A stretch of 64,000 nt of DNA. It comes from Chrysemys picta bellii (taxonomy: Eukaryota). The translations under genes and the position numbers were made by a program. Each line of letters starts with the position of its first letter. Position 1 is the stretch's first letter. The notes beneath the pieces are model-generated. The model did no database searches. It was not told where the DNA came from and saw only the letters and a program-made list of their open reading frames with translations. Location of the stretch: the NCBI RefSeq assembly GCF_011386835.1, contig NC_088792.1, positions 20,150,001-20,214,000 on the forward strand. The letters run 5' to 3'. This document shows, piece by piece, positions 1-12,442 of this stretch.

Positions 1-1701
1 GTCCCTATTGTGTTGGGTATGTCACCCACTGATTTCAGTATGCCCACTGGGGTGGAAAGGTCACGGCTGGGCCCCAGGGTTGGACGTACCACTGTTAGAT
101 GTCTGGGATCTGTATAATATGCTCCCTGGAGGGGGGGTCCCAGTTTGGGCAGCTCATGGTAGGCAGGAGATTGTGGAGGAGAGTCTATTTGCCCTTCTTC
201 ATCCTCCTCATCATCGCTCAAAAGGAGTGGAGCTGAGTGCGATGGAGTCGCAAGGAGATTTGGTGCCGAACGTGCCAGGGTTGCATCCGTGCTGAGAATG
301 GGAGACTCAGGCGTAGATCAAACTAAGAGATCTTTGTGCCGTAGGAACTGCTGCGGTGTCTGCATGATCTACACTGGAGACTGCATGGTCGTTGGTGCCG
401 GGAGCCACAGCGTATTTGTTGGTACCATAGGCTGTGCCGGTGTATGTACCAAGTGTGCAGTGGAGGTCGAAAAGTGAGCCACAGTCTGCATTGGTGCCGC
501 GTCGCTGTGGCTGCGTAGATGCTGAGGCATGCGATGTTGATTTCCTCCTCAGTGCCTGGGTCTGAGCTGGCTCTTTTAGAGTCCTTAGTTCTTGTGGTAC
601 AGGCGATGCCAGATGGTCCTGCTGTCTCAGAATGGCCAGTGCGGTTGGTGCCGAGACTATCCGCCCATTGGCAGAATGGCATTTCTTGGCCGATTCCTGC
701 GTTGAGGACATGGTTACCTGCTTTTTGGACACTTTTGATCAGAAGCCTGGGTGATGGCTTCTGGGTGAGGAGGGACCCTTGCCAGAAGCCGTGGTTGGCA
801 AGGCTTGTCCAGGTGGGGTGCGGGCTTCAGGCTCAGACACCAGACTGAGAGACTTCTCCATGAGAAGGAATTTTAGTTGTAAGTCTCTAGACTTTCTTGT
901 TCTAGCAGTTAACTTGTGGCAATGAGGACACTTCTTGGATGGAAAGTTTGAGCGGACTTAATTCCTTAGTACTCACCCGATTTGGAGCGATGTGGGGAGG
1001 GATCCTTTTTCTTAGAGGCAGATCTTGACAGGGATCTGTCCTTATGACAATGGTAATGTCCCCTACTCTTGTGAGAGGTTTTCTTAGACTTGTTGGGGGC
1101 TGTACATGGAATGGTGCTGCTCATAGTCTGAGGTTATTTTATGGGGATGGGGTGTCTCCCCAGCCTTGATCCATCAGGGGCCTCATAGCTTTCTCCATGA
1201 AGTATTTCTGCAGATAGAGATTTTGTCCCTTATGCATTTGAGGGGTTGGGGGGAAGGGACAGCAGATACTGCAGTTGGTGGCAACATGAGCCTCTCCGAG
1301 GCAGTAAAGGCAGCACTCATGTTTGTCACCGGTGAAGGAGCTGGAGTAGGAGATATAATTCATAAACCCTAGGACTCTTGGCATAGTCTGGGGAGAAGTT
1401 CCCAGAGGTAAGAAGACTACACTAAGTATAAAAACCACTAAACTATTTATTATATGTATTTACAGGAATTGAAGTATAGAAAAATTTTAGTGGACACAAT
1501 TCTGACCCAGGCCATGTGGCAGTAAGAAGGAACTGGAGAGGAGTCAATCTGTACTGCCTTTTATTACTTTTGTTTGGAGCATGAGGAGAGCAACTAACTG
1601 TGCATATATGGACCAACAGACACTACTTGCAACAAATCTCTCGTCTCATGGAGCAGATGCATACCCACATGTGGAATACACATCCGCATCAGCACTCCAA
1701 G
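1..1701 (-). mobile_element. DIRS1-like retrotransposon copy A, 5' part (left ITR + decayed gag-like ORF1); continues beyond the window start
   Basis: ITR homologous to the other copies (1500-1701). ORF 1139..1438 has CLYCLGEAH...CSIC, the same Cys/His motif as ORF1 of copy E. Confidence 0.8.
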
Positions 1702-1828
1702 TTTTTCTTTATTTGAGATGCACAGTAAATTTCCCTTTTAGCATGTATGTTTTCTTCTTCTTTCATCCACATGTGCTTCTTATGTATTATATCTAATGAT
1801 TACTCTGTTAACAATATATGAAGGATTT

Positions 1829-1990
1829 TCCAGTGGTTAGGGTTCTAGCCTAAGACATGGGAAACCTATATTCAACTCCCAGTTACGCCAGACTTGTGAT
1901 CTTGGGTGTTGAGGATAAAACCATTAAAGATTGCGAAGCACTCGGATACTACAGTGATGGGGGACATATAAATACCTAAAAGAGAGAGAG
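1829..1990 (+). mobile_element. MIR/CORE-like SINE, degenerate
   Basis: tRNA-like head agtggttagg...ttcaactccca; tail gcactcggatactacagtgatggg. Confidence 0.55.
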
Positions 1991-2209
1991 AACTGGATTC
2001 TCAACATATGTGATGAATAAACGGATTCTCAAAACCAAAAAGTTAGTATTAGTGCAGTTAGAATGAGGACTTTCTACAAAGAATACACAGGAATGTTATG
2101 AGCTAAAAATATCTGCTTCATGTTGCTGTTTACATTGTTCTGGAAGGGAACAAGCTCCTCATTTTGTCTTCAGAAGGGGAAGAGCCATTAAGATCAAGTC
2201 AGACACTAA

Positions 2210-2758
2210 GTGTATGTGGGCACTGCAATGCAAGCCCAGGGTTAGTAGAACTTGAGTTAGCAGACCCTAGTTTGTTAACCCAGGGCTTGAGTGTCTACGC
2301 TCATTTGTAACCCTAGATTAGGACTTGTTCAACCCTGGGCCACAACCTGGGGATCCAGTGACTACACTGCATTATGCAGGCTTGAGTCCAACCACCCATA
2401 TCCCAGACTTCCTAGTGCCATCCCAAAATGTGGTTACTCTAGCCCTTCATTTTTTTGGTGTAGGGTGGGAAAACTGGACTGCCTACTAAACTTGATTGTC
2501 CGGAGGACAAAGAAAGTCAGTCCGTAGGATTGTGGAATACCCAGAGCATGAGTCCAGTGGGGCTGTGTCTACACTGCAAAGCAATAGGGATTGAACCCTG
2601 GGATCCAACTTGACTCAGGCTCAGAGCTTCCACCCCCTTGGGGTCCTGGGTCCCTGGGTCCAAGCTCTAGACTAGCATGATTTGTGTGTAGATGGAAGGG
2701 GGGTTAGGTTTGAGCCTGACTTCAAAAGCTGGTCTTACACTGCGGTATATACATCCCC
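2210..2758. mobile_element. PIF/Harbinger-type MITE (same family as 62877-63416, opposite orientation)
   Basis: taa|GTGTATGT...TATACATCCCC; internal gtctacac subrepeats; aligns in reverse with 62877-63416. Confidence 0.72.
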
Positions 2759-4144
2759 CAAGTAACTATACCTCCATAAAATGCACCATTCTTTGAAAAT
2801 ACTCTCTAGAAATCTAATATTAGAATCCTGCGTCAAACCCTCCCTTGACCACCAATCGTATACACAACATCTGTGCAAGCCAGTTGGCTCTGGACAGCTC
2901 CTGTGGTTCTTGAAGGACTATTTCTTGGCAGATAATTGTTGTTGTTTTTTTACTCTAATTGAAAGGTTAATCAAAATCCTTCATATTGTGTGTTAGCTAC
3001 ATAAACACTGTCTCCACTGATGATGAAACAGATGCTTTACAGCTCACATTTCCCAGGGGGTTCATTTGTTCCATCATTGCGTTCACTTTTCTTCAAGCTA
3101 CTCTGTGCAATACCTGACAGTATTTTGGATAGTTTTCATTAAATGAAATTGTGTTACCTTTAAGAGGCGACGACAGTCACCTCTTTTCACTGTTCTATAT
3201 TTCTGTCAAATAGTAATACATCAACAGCATGGCTGCTGAAGATAGAAAAAATTAATCCTAAAGGTGAGAATAGTTATAAAAGGAGACACAAGTAGGGCCA
3301 AATCCAGCAGTTCTATTTCAATCCCTAGGCAAAATTTCTATCACATTCAATGCTATATTTGCCTGAGTAAAGATGACAGGATTTGTGCTACAGTAAGTAG
3401 CTCTAACAATTTTAGCGGTAAGATGCCAGTCCTGCGAAGGCATGTGCATGTGCTTAATTTTATGCACAGTGAGTAGTCCCACTGATTTTGCCATGAGTAG
3501 TTACGCACACATGAACAGAGGCAGCTAACGGGAGAGTTTCAGAGGGAGTAGCTCCAGCAGCAAATTCTGTGCTTGGAGGTAGAGGGACTTGGTGAATGGT
3601 CTGTCTGTGGGCTGTTGTTCTCTGTATACAGGCTGTGTAGCTGGGGCGTGGGCCTGAATAAGACCATGGGGCTTTGATCAGTGCCTTACTAAGGCTGCAA
3701 GGCGCCAGCCCTGTCATATTCTCTTTCCTGCCTGAAACCAGAAGGAGTTTCCTGTGCCTGAAGCACAAACTGGTGGCTGTGCTGGAGGAAAAGATTCTTG
3801 AACTGGAAGACAAGTTAAGACACGGTTGAAGAGCTCCAAGACAACCAAGTTCAGGAAACACCAGGAAGGAAGAATTGAGTTGGCTGCAAAGAAAAAATCG
3901 GTGAGAGAGGGAGTCAGACAGGAAGCCTGACAGTTCATAACCACCAGGAGCAAGTATTTGGCAGTGGTGCAATCGCTGCTGCAATACTGCGTCCACTTCT
4001 GGTGCCCACAATTCAAGGAGGATGTTGATAAACTGAAGGGGGTTCAGAAAAGAGCCATGAGAATGATTAAAGGATTAGAAGAAATGCCTTATGGTGATAG
4101 ACTCTAGAAGCTCAAATCTATTTAGCTTAACAAAGAGGTTAAGG

Positions 4145-5548
4145 ATCTTCTTGTTGTGTCCTCATACTGCCTCTTGCTATATCTGTGCACATATGATTGC
4201 CCAATCCGTGCACTTCACCAGGTCATTGGAAGAGCCTTCATGCTCAAGCAGATGGCACTGCAGGAGATGCTTTATATTTTGAAGCTCTCTGCCACAGTCC
4301 AGGTATTGAGGCCAATGGTGTAGCACTACTTGATCATCGCATCTCTAGTCTGGCCAGCTCCAGTGCGGAATTGATTAAGGTAACACCATATAGTCCTGGA
4401 CTGATCTGTACCAAATGGAAGGTGCTCAACTGTTGGGAGCTGGAGCACACAGGCTACAGGGTCATCTCTACTCTTGTTTGCCATAACTGAACCCTTGTCT
4501 GGGTGACAATGTTAGGTGTTTAATGGTGGCAAGAAAACTTTGTGACTTCAGTCGCCTCAGCATCCTGATATATGATATAATGGATGTCTTCGATCTGTGC
4601 ATTGCCTTGTGCGTTTGACTCTTAGCGACTTCGTGGCATGTACAAGAAGGAGCAATATCTGCAAGGATGTAGAGGCTGTTGAAGTGAGTAGGCCTAAGGC
4701 ATCCTGCAACGGCACGCAGTGTGAGGGGATTGGGCCCACACTGCACAGATTTATTCAGCAGAGAAGTAGAAAAGGGCCAGTGCTGTTGGTTGGAAAATGG
4801 ACAGGTCAGCATCCCACTTTGATGCAACCAGCTTGCTGATGTTGTTTCGGATGGCAACCTAGACTTTAGTTTTCTCAATGTGGACTCTACAGGAGAGTGT
4901 GCAGTTGAGAGTAACACTGAGGTATAAAAGATTTATGGAATGAGTAAATTTCATTGAGTTTGTGCTCAGTTTTTGAGACAGAATGTACTGACTTGTGACT
5001 TTACTGGGTTTGCATGCAGTTGGTTGGCTGTATAGTATTTGTCTAGGGTGTTAAGTGCGTTCACCAGAGTTCTCTCTAATATGTCAAACTTCTTAGGCTG
5101 TGTGTTGTCGCACAGATCATCTGCCTAGATAAGGCATCTTGTGCAGGATAGCTTGATTGGTCATTTGTGTAGATGTTGAAAAACGCAGGTGCTAAGACAC
5201 TACCTTGTGGGGGGCCCATTCTTCTGTCATTGCCATTGGCTCCGTTTGCCACAAAGGTTCATGAAGAATCTTCTGTTCTCCAGTATGGTCTGTATTAGCT
5301 TTGTGAAGTGGTGGCTCTTCATTACCATTGATACCTTGGCAAGGAGCCAGTGATGACGGACTGTATCGTAGGTGGCTGAGAAACCAAACAACGCCGTTTC
5401 TGTAATCAATCCTTTTTCATAGCCATCTTTGATATATGGTCAAATTCAGAAGCTGCCCAGTATATAACTGACCCGGGTGAAAACCAGCCTGTCATTGTTA
5501 AGTGGATCAATATCTGGTATAAAGAGATATAACAGTAGTTAGATCAGT
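4145..5548 (-). mobile_element. 5'-truncated Ingi/Vingi-type non-LTR retrotransposon
   Basis: 9-bp TSD AGGTTAAGG (4136-44 / 5549-57). Decayed RT QAGF..GQLLNLT..DGYEKGLIT..SATYDTV, KNGPPQGSVLAP.FFNIYTND, *ADDL; C-terminal RLKSQSFL; short AAG-type tail. Confidence 0.75.
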
Positions 5549-5593
5549 AGGTTAAGGGGTGACTTGATTACAGTCTATCAGTACCGACATGGG

Positions 5594-6019
5594 TGTGATG
5601 GGGCTGTGGGCTGCAGCCCTGCCTCTACTAAAAGCACAGACTGCACTGAGACCTTCTTGTTTGTAAACACCACTGTGTAGTTTATTTAGTCTTCTAATCC
5701 CTCCTCTCATACATAGTGGTGTCTCACACCTTTACACACTGTATCTCAACTTTCTAACCCCTTCTCCAAAAGGGGTGTGTGGTAAGGTGTCACTGGCTCT
5801 CCTAGCCTTCTATTTCTCGCCTTCTCTTCCCCCAAGCACTCTTTCCTGTGCCCTTTTATATGGCTTCCCTATTAATGGGCTAATTGGCTCATTAGCCCCA
5901 ATCTGGCCTGGTAATCAAGTACACCTCTGTCCAATTAGGCCTTCTCCAGGGGAACCTAATTAATACTAATAGTGACTAGGAGTGCTGCCTTAAATGCTAG
6001 CCCTCAGCACTCTGTCACA
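5594..6019 (-). mobile_element. Solo LTR (426 bp) inserted in CR1
   Basis: TGTGA...TCACA; exact TSD ATGGG; minus-strand TATAAAAGGG (5860-51) and AATAAA (5686-81). Confidence 0.88.
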
Positions 6020-7830
6020 ATGGGGGACAAATATTTAATAATGGGTTCTTCAGTCTAGAAGAAAAAAGTATAACACAATCCAATGGCTGGAAATTGAAGC
6101 TAAACAAATTCAAACTGGAAATAAGGTGTAAATTCTAATTAACCATTGGAACAGTTTACCAAAGGTCATGGTGGATTCTCCATCACCGACAATTTTTAAA
6201 TAAAGAGTGGATCTTTTTTTTTCTAAAAGATCTGTTCTAGCAATTTGGGGGGGGGGGGAGGGAGTTCTATGACCTGTATTATACAGCTCAGACTAGAAAA
6301 GGATCATAGTGGTCCCTTCTTTCTTATGAACCTATGAATTGCAGGATCAGGGCCTAAGTTTGTTAGAGGATTAATCTTTGTAGTGTACTGTGAAGACATG
6401 AAGTTCTATAACTGCGCTAAGTACTAGAGCTCAGACTGGCATAAATGATTTTACACTGAACATATTTCTGATTCAGAACAATTGCTTTAAATGCAAGACC
6501 AGGAGCAACAAAAGCAGTTTTTTTGTATAACAAAAAGCATCTTAATCCCCACAAACTGATGCACAGCACAGAGAAAATGCTTTTTAAACAGCATACAACA
6601 GCTAACCCATCAGATTTAATTTTTATATCCCAATCTGTGAAATTCATAAACATTTCAGGAACAATACATTCACTATACGAAAAGGGAATATTACCCCATT
6701 CAATTTAAAACAGTTTGTATACAACCATAGAATAATAAAAGTGTAGGACTGGAAGGGACCTCAGTAGATCATCTAGTCTAGTCCCCTACACTCAAGGCAG
6801 GACTATGTAAAAACTAGACTATTTGAGTGGTGTTTAATCTTAAAAACCTCCAGTGACAGAGATGCCACATTATCTCTGGGCAATTTGTTCCAGTGCCTAA
6901 CTACCCTGACAGTTGGGAAGCTTTCAGCCCATTGCTGCTTGTCCTACCCTCAGAAGTTAGGAACAATTTTTCTCCCTCCTTCTTGTAACAACTTTTTATG
7001 TACATGAAAACTACCAAGTTCCCCCTCAATCTTCTCTTCTCCAGACTAAATAAACCCAGGTTTTTTTTTTTCAATCTTTCCTCAGAGATCACCTTTTAAA
7101 ATCATTTTTGTTGCTTTCCTCTGGACTTTCTCCAATTTGTCCATACCTTTCCTGAAATGTGGCGCCCAGAACTGGACACAATACTTCAGCTGAGGCCTTA
7201 TCAGCGTGGAATGGAGTGGAAAGGAAGAATTATTTCTTGTGTCTTGCTTATAACACTCCTACTATTACATCCCGGAATTATGTTTGCTTTTTTTTTTTTT
7301 TTTTTTTTTGCAAGAGTGTTACACTATTGACTCAAATTTAGCTTGTGACCCACTATTAATCCCAGATCCTTTTCCGCAGTACTCCTTCCTAGGCAGTCAT
7401 TTCCCGTTTTGTATGTTTGCAATTGATTGTTCCTTCTTAAGTGGAGTACTCTGCATTTGTCCTTACTGAATTTCACTCTATTTACTTGAGACCATTTCTC
7501 TAGTTTGTCCAGATCATTTTGAATTATAATTCTAGCCTCCAAAGCATGTGCAACCCCTCCCATCTTGATATTGTCCACAAAATTTACAAGTGTACTCGCT
7601 GTGCCATTATCTGAATCATTGATGAAGATATTGAACAGAACTATAACCAGGACAGATTCCTGCAGGACTCCACTCAATATGCCCTTCTAGGTTGACTGTG
7701 AATCACTGATAACTAGTCTCTGGGAACAGTTTTCCCACCAGTTATGCACCCACCTTAGAGTAGCTCCATCTAGGCTTTATTTCCTAGTTTGTTTATGAGA
7801 AGGTCATGCGAGACATTATCAAAAGTCTTA

Positions 7831-8078
7831 GGCTGTCTACACTACAGCCTATGTCGGGAAAACGTATGTTGCTCAGGATGTGAATATTCCACCCCCCCTC
7901 AGAGACATAAGTTACACCGACATAAGCATTAGCGCTGTCCACACAACGTCGGCAAGAGAACTGCTCCCACCGACATAACTTACACCACTCATGGAGGTGA
8001 GGTTTTTTATGCTCACAGGAGAGCTCCCTCCCGTTGGTACAGCTGCGCTGCTGAAGCACTGTATGTATAGACATATCC
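7831..8078. mobile_element. PIF/Harbinger-type MITE
   Basis: GGCTGTCTACAC...TATAGACATATCC termini; TTA TSD; removing it restores the CR1 sequence. Confidence 0.8.
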
Positions 8079-8780
8079 TTACTAAAGTCACGTTATACCA
8101 CATCTACCGCTTCCCCCATCCACAAGGCTTGTTACCCTGTGAAAAAAGCTATTAAGTTGGTTTGACATGATTTATTCTTGACAAATCTATGTTGACTATT
8201 ACTTATCACCTAATTCTCTTCTAGGTGTTTGCAAACTGACTGCTTGATTATTTCCTCCATTATCTTTCTGGGTACTGAAGTTTAAGCTGATTGGTCTAAG
8301 TCCACAGGTTGTCCTTATTCCCCTTTTCATAGATTGGCACTACATTTGCCCTCTTCTGGTCCTCTGGAATCTTTCCCATTTTCCCTGAGTTTTCGAAGAT
8401 AATCACTAATGGCTCAGATACCTCCTCAGTCAGCTCCTTGAGTATTCTAGGATGCATTTCATCAGGCCTTGGTGACTTGAAGACATTTAGCTTGTCTAAG
8501 CAATTTATAGCTTGTTCTTTCCCTAATTTAGCCTCAGATCATATCTCATTTTCACTGTGGTTCACTATGTCAGACATCCGATTGCTGCTAACTTTTGGTA
8601 AAAACTGGAAACAAAAAGTTGTTTCGTAATTCTGCCATTTCCACATTTTCTGGTATTGCCTCCCCAACCCCTCCATCATTGAGTAATGGGCCTATCCTAT
8701 CCTTGGTCTTCCTCTTGCTTCTAATATATTTGTAGAATGTTTTCTTGTTACCCTTTGTCTCTAGCTAGTTTAGTCTCATT

Positions 8781-9077
8781 GGGTATGTCTTCTCTACCAG
8801 CCGGATCAGCGAGCAGCGATCGATCCAGTGGGGAACGATTTATCGCGTCTAGTCTAGATGCGATACATCGACCCCCGAGCGCTCTCCCGTCGACCCCTGA
8901 ACTCGAGCTTGTCGAGAGGCACAGGCAGAGACGACGGGGGGAGCGGCAGCTGTCGACTCACCGCGGTGAAGACACCGCCGTAAGTCGATCTAAATATGTC
9001 TATTTCAGCTACGTTATTCACGTAGCTGAAGTTGCGTAACTTAGATCGATTTCTTCCCCCCCAGTGTAGACCAGGCC
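8781..9077. mobile_element. PIF/Harbinger-type MITE, CpG-rich
   Basis: GGGTATGTCT...GTGTAGACCAGGCC; 3-bp TSD ATT; sits inside CR1. Confidence 0.78.
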
Positions 9078-9517
9078 ATTATGTGCCTTCGCCTTTCTAA
9101 TTTTGTCCCTACATGCTTGTGGTGTTTGTTTATATTCATTTTTTGTAATTTGTCCAAGTTTCTACTTTATGTAGGACTCTTTTTTGAGTTTCAGATCATT
9201 GACGATCTCCTGGTTAAGCCACTGTGGTTTCTTCCATACTTCCTATCTTTCCTACACAGTGGGATAGTTTGCTCTTGTGCCCTTATAATGTCTCTCTGAA
9301 AAACTGCCAATACACAGTAGAAGTTCCTTACTGCTTGAATGAAAACAATAACCCATCAGGAAATACCCAGCCAGTTGACTCCTGCTGCATTTTTCCACCC
9401 GTTTCCTTGACTCCCAGAAGTCTTAAAATTAAAAAAAAAAAAAAAAAAAAAAAAACTGTGAAGGTTGATAATTTAAACATCAACAATGAGAATTATTTCA
9501 CTGCTGATCAAACCCTG

Positions 9518-10319
9518 TGTCAAGGTTCCTTCCCCACTCTGAACTCTAGGGTACAGATGTGGGGACCTGTATGAGAACCTCTAAGCTTAACTACCAGCTT
9601 AGATCTGGTTTTGCTGCCACTACCCAAATTATTTGAGTCATTTGGGAAACTCTGTCTACCTCCCCCCCCAGAATATCTCCCTGCCAAGTACTATAACCCT
9701 TCCCTGCGTAGCCTTGAGAGACTTCTCCACCAATTTCCTGGTGAACACCGGTCCAAACCCTTGGATCTTAAAACAAGGAGAAATCAAGCAGGTTCTTAAA
9801 AAGAAGGCTTTTAACTAAAGAAAGAAAGGTAAAAATCATCTCTGTAAAATCAGGATGGAAAATAACTTTACGGGTAATCAGATTCAAAGAGCCCAAAGGA
9901 ACCCACTCTAGCCTTAGGTTCAAAGTTACAGCAAACAGAGGTAAACCCTCTAGCACAAGGAACATTTACAAGTTGAGAAAACAAAGCTAAAACTAACATG
10001 CCCTGCCTGGCTGTTACTTACAAATTTGAAATATGAGAAACTTGTTTAGAAAGATTTGGAGAGCATGGATTGATGTCTGGTCCCTCTTAGTCCCAAGAGC
10101 GAACAACCCCCAAAACAAAGAGCACAAACAAAAGCCTTCCCCCTCCCCAAGATTTGAAAGTATCTTGTTCCCTTGTTGGTCCTTTGGGTCAGGTGTCAGC
10201 CAGGTTACCTGAGCTTCTTAACCCTTTACAGGTAAAAGGATTTTGGTGTCTCTGGCCAGGAGGGATTTTATAGTATTGTACACAGGAGGGTTGTTACCCT
10301 TCCCTTTATAGTTATGACA
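9518..10319. mobile_element. Solo LTR (802 bp)
   Basis: TGTCA...TGACA inverted termini; exact 5-bp TSD CCCTG (9513-17 / 10320-24). Confidence 0.88.
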
Positions 10320-11968
10320 CCCTGCAAGAAAGAGATCATATTATGAAGGGTTGCACAACTTGCTGAATGGCATCCCATTTTGGTGTCACAAGGAGGTGGA
10401 ACTTTTCCTGTTCTGATCCTGGCTAACTTCTGCTCCCTTTCATCATCTCCACCTGCCTTGAAGCAAGAGACAACTTATTTCTCGTGGCTTTGTCACTTGT
10501 GATAGGACAGCCATACCAAAACTCATGCCGATCAAACCTTTCTCACTATTGTCACCATCGTGTATTTTCTGTACCCCCCACACATAAAAATCACTACTCA
10601 GAGTAAAAAGATATGAAGTGAAAACTACAATGCTAAAGAAAACTGAAGTGATAGTTCAGGGACCTATTGCCCAGGGTGGTAAGAAAACAACATAGGACAA
10701 CCGGGCTGTTTTCTTAAATATCCTCACACTTAATTCTCAGATTCTAGAAACGTACACGGTGTACCAACATTCACTGCTTTTTAAACAGTTTCAAAGCTCT
10801 TACTGACAATGTGCACATGCTCAAGAGTGAGAATCTGCAGAGGCAATTCTCAATGAAGAATCAATATTTATTTTGAGAGATACACGTTTCAACAACAAAA
10901 AAATCCAATAGATATCACTAGAACTGGCAAAAAAAAAAAAAAAAAGTCATTCAAAATTTTTAGCAAAATTTTGAACTCAACATTTTATCCAGCTCTAAGA
11001 TCAGCAGTAAACAGACTGTATAGTTTGAAGATTTCATGTATTATAGTAACCCCAAGGAGGAGCAAAAAATGCTTAAGAAATCACATCAGAGAGTGCAGGA
11101 CTCCAATTCAGCAAGGTACTTAACCAAATACTTAACTTTAAACATTCCCAGAAGTGAAGCAACAGAGAAAGAGGTCAATTACCACAGAGATTTTATGCAT
11201 TCTCTAAAACACAAAATACATAGTTTTAAATACTTATATAAATTAAATAGTATGATATAAACCGAGCTTTCTATGGACAAACTGAAGATCAGCTTTGCTC
11301 ACTTTTTGATATTACTACCTTTGCAAAACCTTCTCAAAAAGTGTGTCTAAATAAGAATATAGTGCCTGCTAAAACACATGGTTAGATACTGTTCAAAATA
11401 CTTCTGAGCAATTCAGAGCACACTTAAATGCAAGAGTTACACTGGGTCAGCAGCATGCATGGTGCTTCACAAGTAAACAGAATGCCTCTCCCCTGACATA
11501 ACTGCTTGCTGATTAAGCAAAATGTACGTGCTCTCAGACTGGGTTTTTTATCTATTTGTTGATCAGGATTAAGAATCTAAAGCGATAAAGTAGATGTAAT
11601 GGCATGTGTATTGCAAGAACAGTTCACTTTTGATAAAATACAAGTTAAAAATAATTTTGAGAGATTTTTAAAAATATTTATTTCATAAAATTGATTACAC
11701 AGAAGAAAGTTATCACAACAGTGTTACGAGTGTGTGGGCTGTAGTCGCTCCCTCCAAGTTTATAAATGTGTCGAAAGGAACACATTTATGCACTTACAAG
11801 AATTTCCTTTTAATTTACCTGGCTTTTATATATTAACATACCCCAAAAAATAAACTTAAAATCTCACACCACTTGGAAAAATGATTCGCTTTCTTTTACC
11901 AGAGTGCCATAACTGCACAATATTTAAAAAAACACCACTAAAATTTAGAGTAAAACATTTATAGTACA

Positions 11969-11974
11969 TTTATT
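11969..11974 (-). terminator. Candidate PAXIP1 polyadenylation signal AATAAA (further AATAAA at 12086-12097)
   Basis: AATAAA about 450 nt after the stop, followed about 30-45 nt downstream by a GT/T-rich tract (minus strand ...TAGTGGTGTTTTTTT). Confidence 0.6.
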
Positions 11975-12426
11975 TAAAACTTGGGCAAAATACCAATATA
12001 AAAGAAAATAGAGTGTAAGAAATAAAAATAAAGTACAAAACATTTTCAATCTTCAAATCCATAACTTAAGAGACAGCAAGCCCTTTTTATTTTTATTTTC
12101 ACATCCAAATTTTCCTTTAGATTGAAGTACCATAGTTAAAATATTTAAAAACTAGCAAACTAATTAATTATGATATCTAAAACGGGATCTTTTAAAACGG
12201 TAGTATAATACAAAACATAGTAAATTATGTTTCCTCATAATAAAATTACACATCCTAAAAAAGATGCAGTTTTTTTTTTGCTTTCCTGCTTTGAACTGCT
12301 CATCATCCCAAGGAACACAGCTGGAAAACAGCACTCACAGGAAGTATTAGTTACTTTACACGGTGGCTGGAACAGCTAGATTTAATGCTCCAAGGACTCC
12401 GAAGCAATAAGGCATTTTACTATCCA

Positions 12427-12442
12427 TCAAGTAAATTTATAT
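12427..12442 (-). CDS. PAXIP1: PAXIP1 last coding exon (S)YKFT-stop
   Basis: cttAC|A TAT AAA TTT ACT TGA; corresponds to the vertebrate PTIP C-terminus YESYKFN as recalled. Confidence 0.92.

Larger units (their letters stand above)
3640..6340 (+). mobile_element. Old CR1 LINE (ORF1 fragment + 3' end of ORF2/3' UTR), split by two later insertions
   Basis: KHKLVAVLEEKILELEDKL (CR1 ORF1 zipper-like) at ~3762-3820. ORF2 C-terminal QYCVHFWCPQFKEDVDKL resumes after each TSD-flanked insert; tail cttatgaacctatga. Confidence 0.8.
6726..9300 (-). mobile_element. CR1 LINE, 5'-truncated, interrupted by two Harbinger MITEs
   Basis: ORF 7324..7677 (GVLQESVL..LFNIFIND..KFSKDKCRVLHL); LGLFSLEKRRLRG; CR1 3' UTR/tail at 6726. 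Confidence 0.9.

Noticed and set aside
3460-4016. 183-aa and 100-aa minus-strand ORFs
   Set aside because: Antisense to CR1 fragments.
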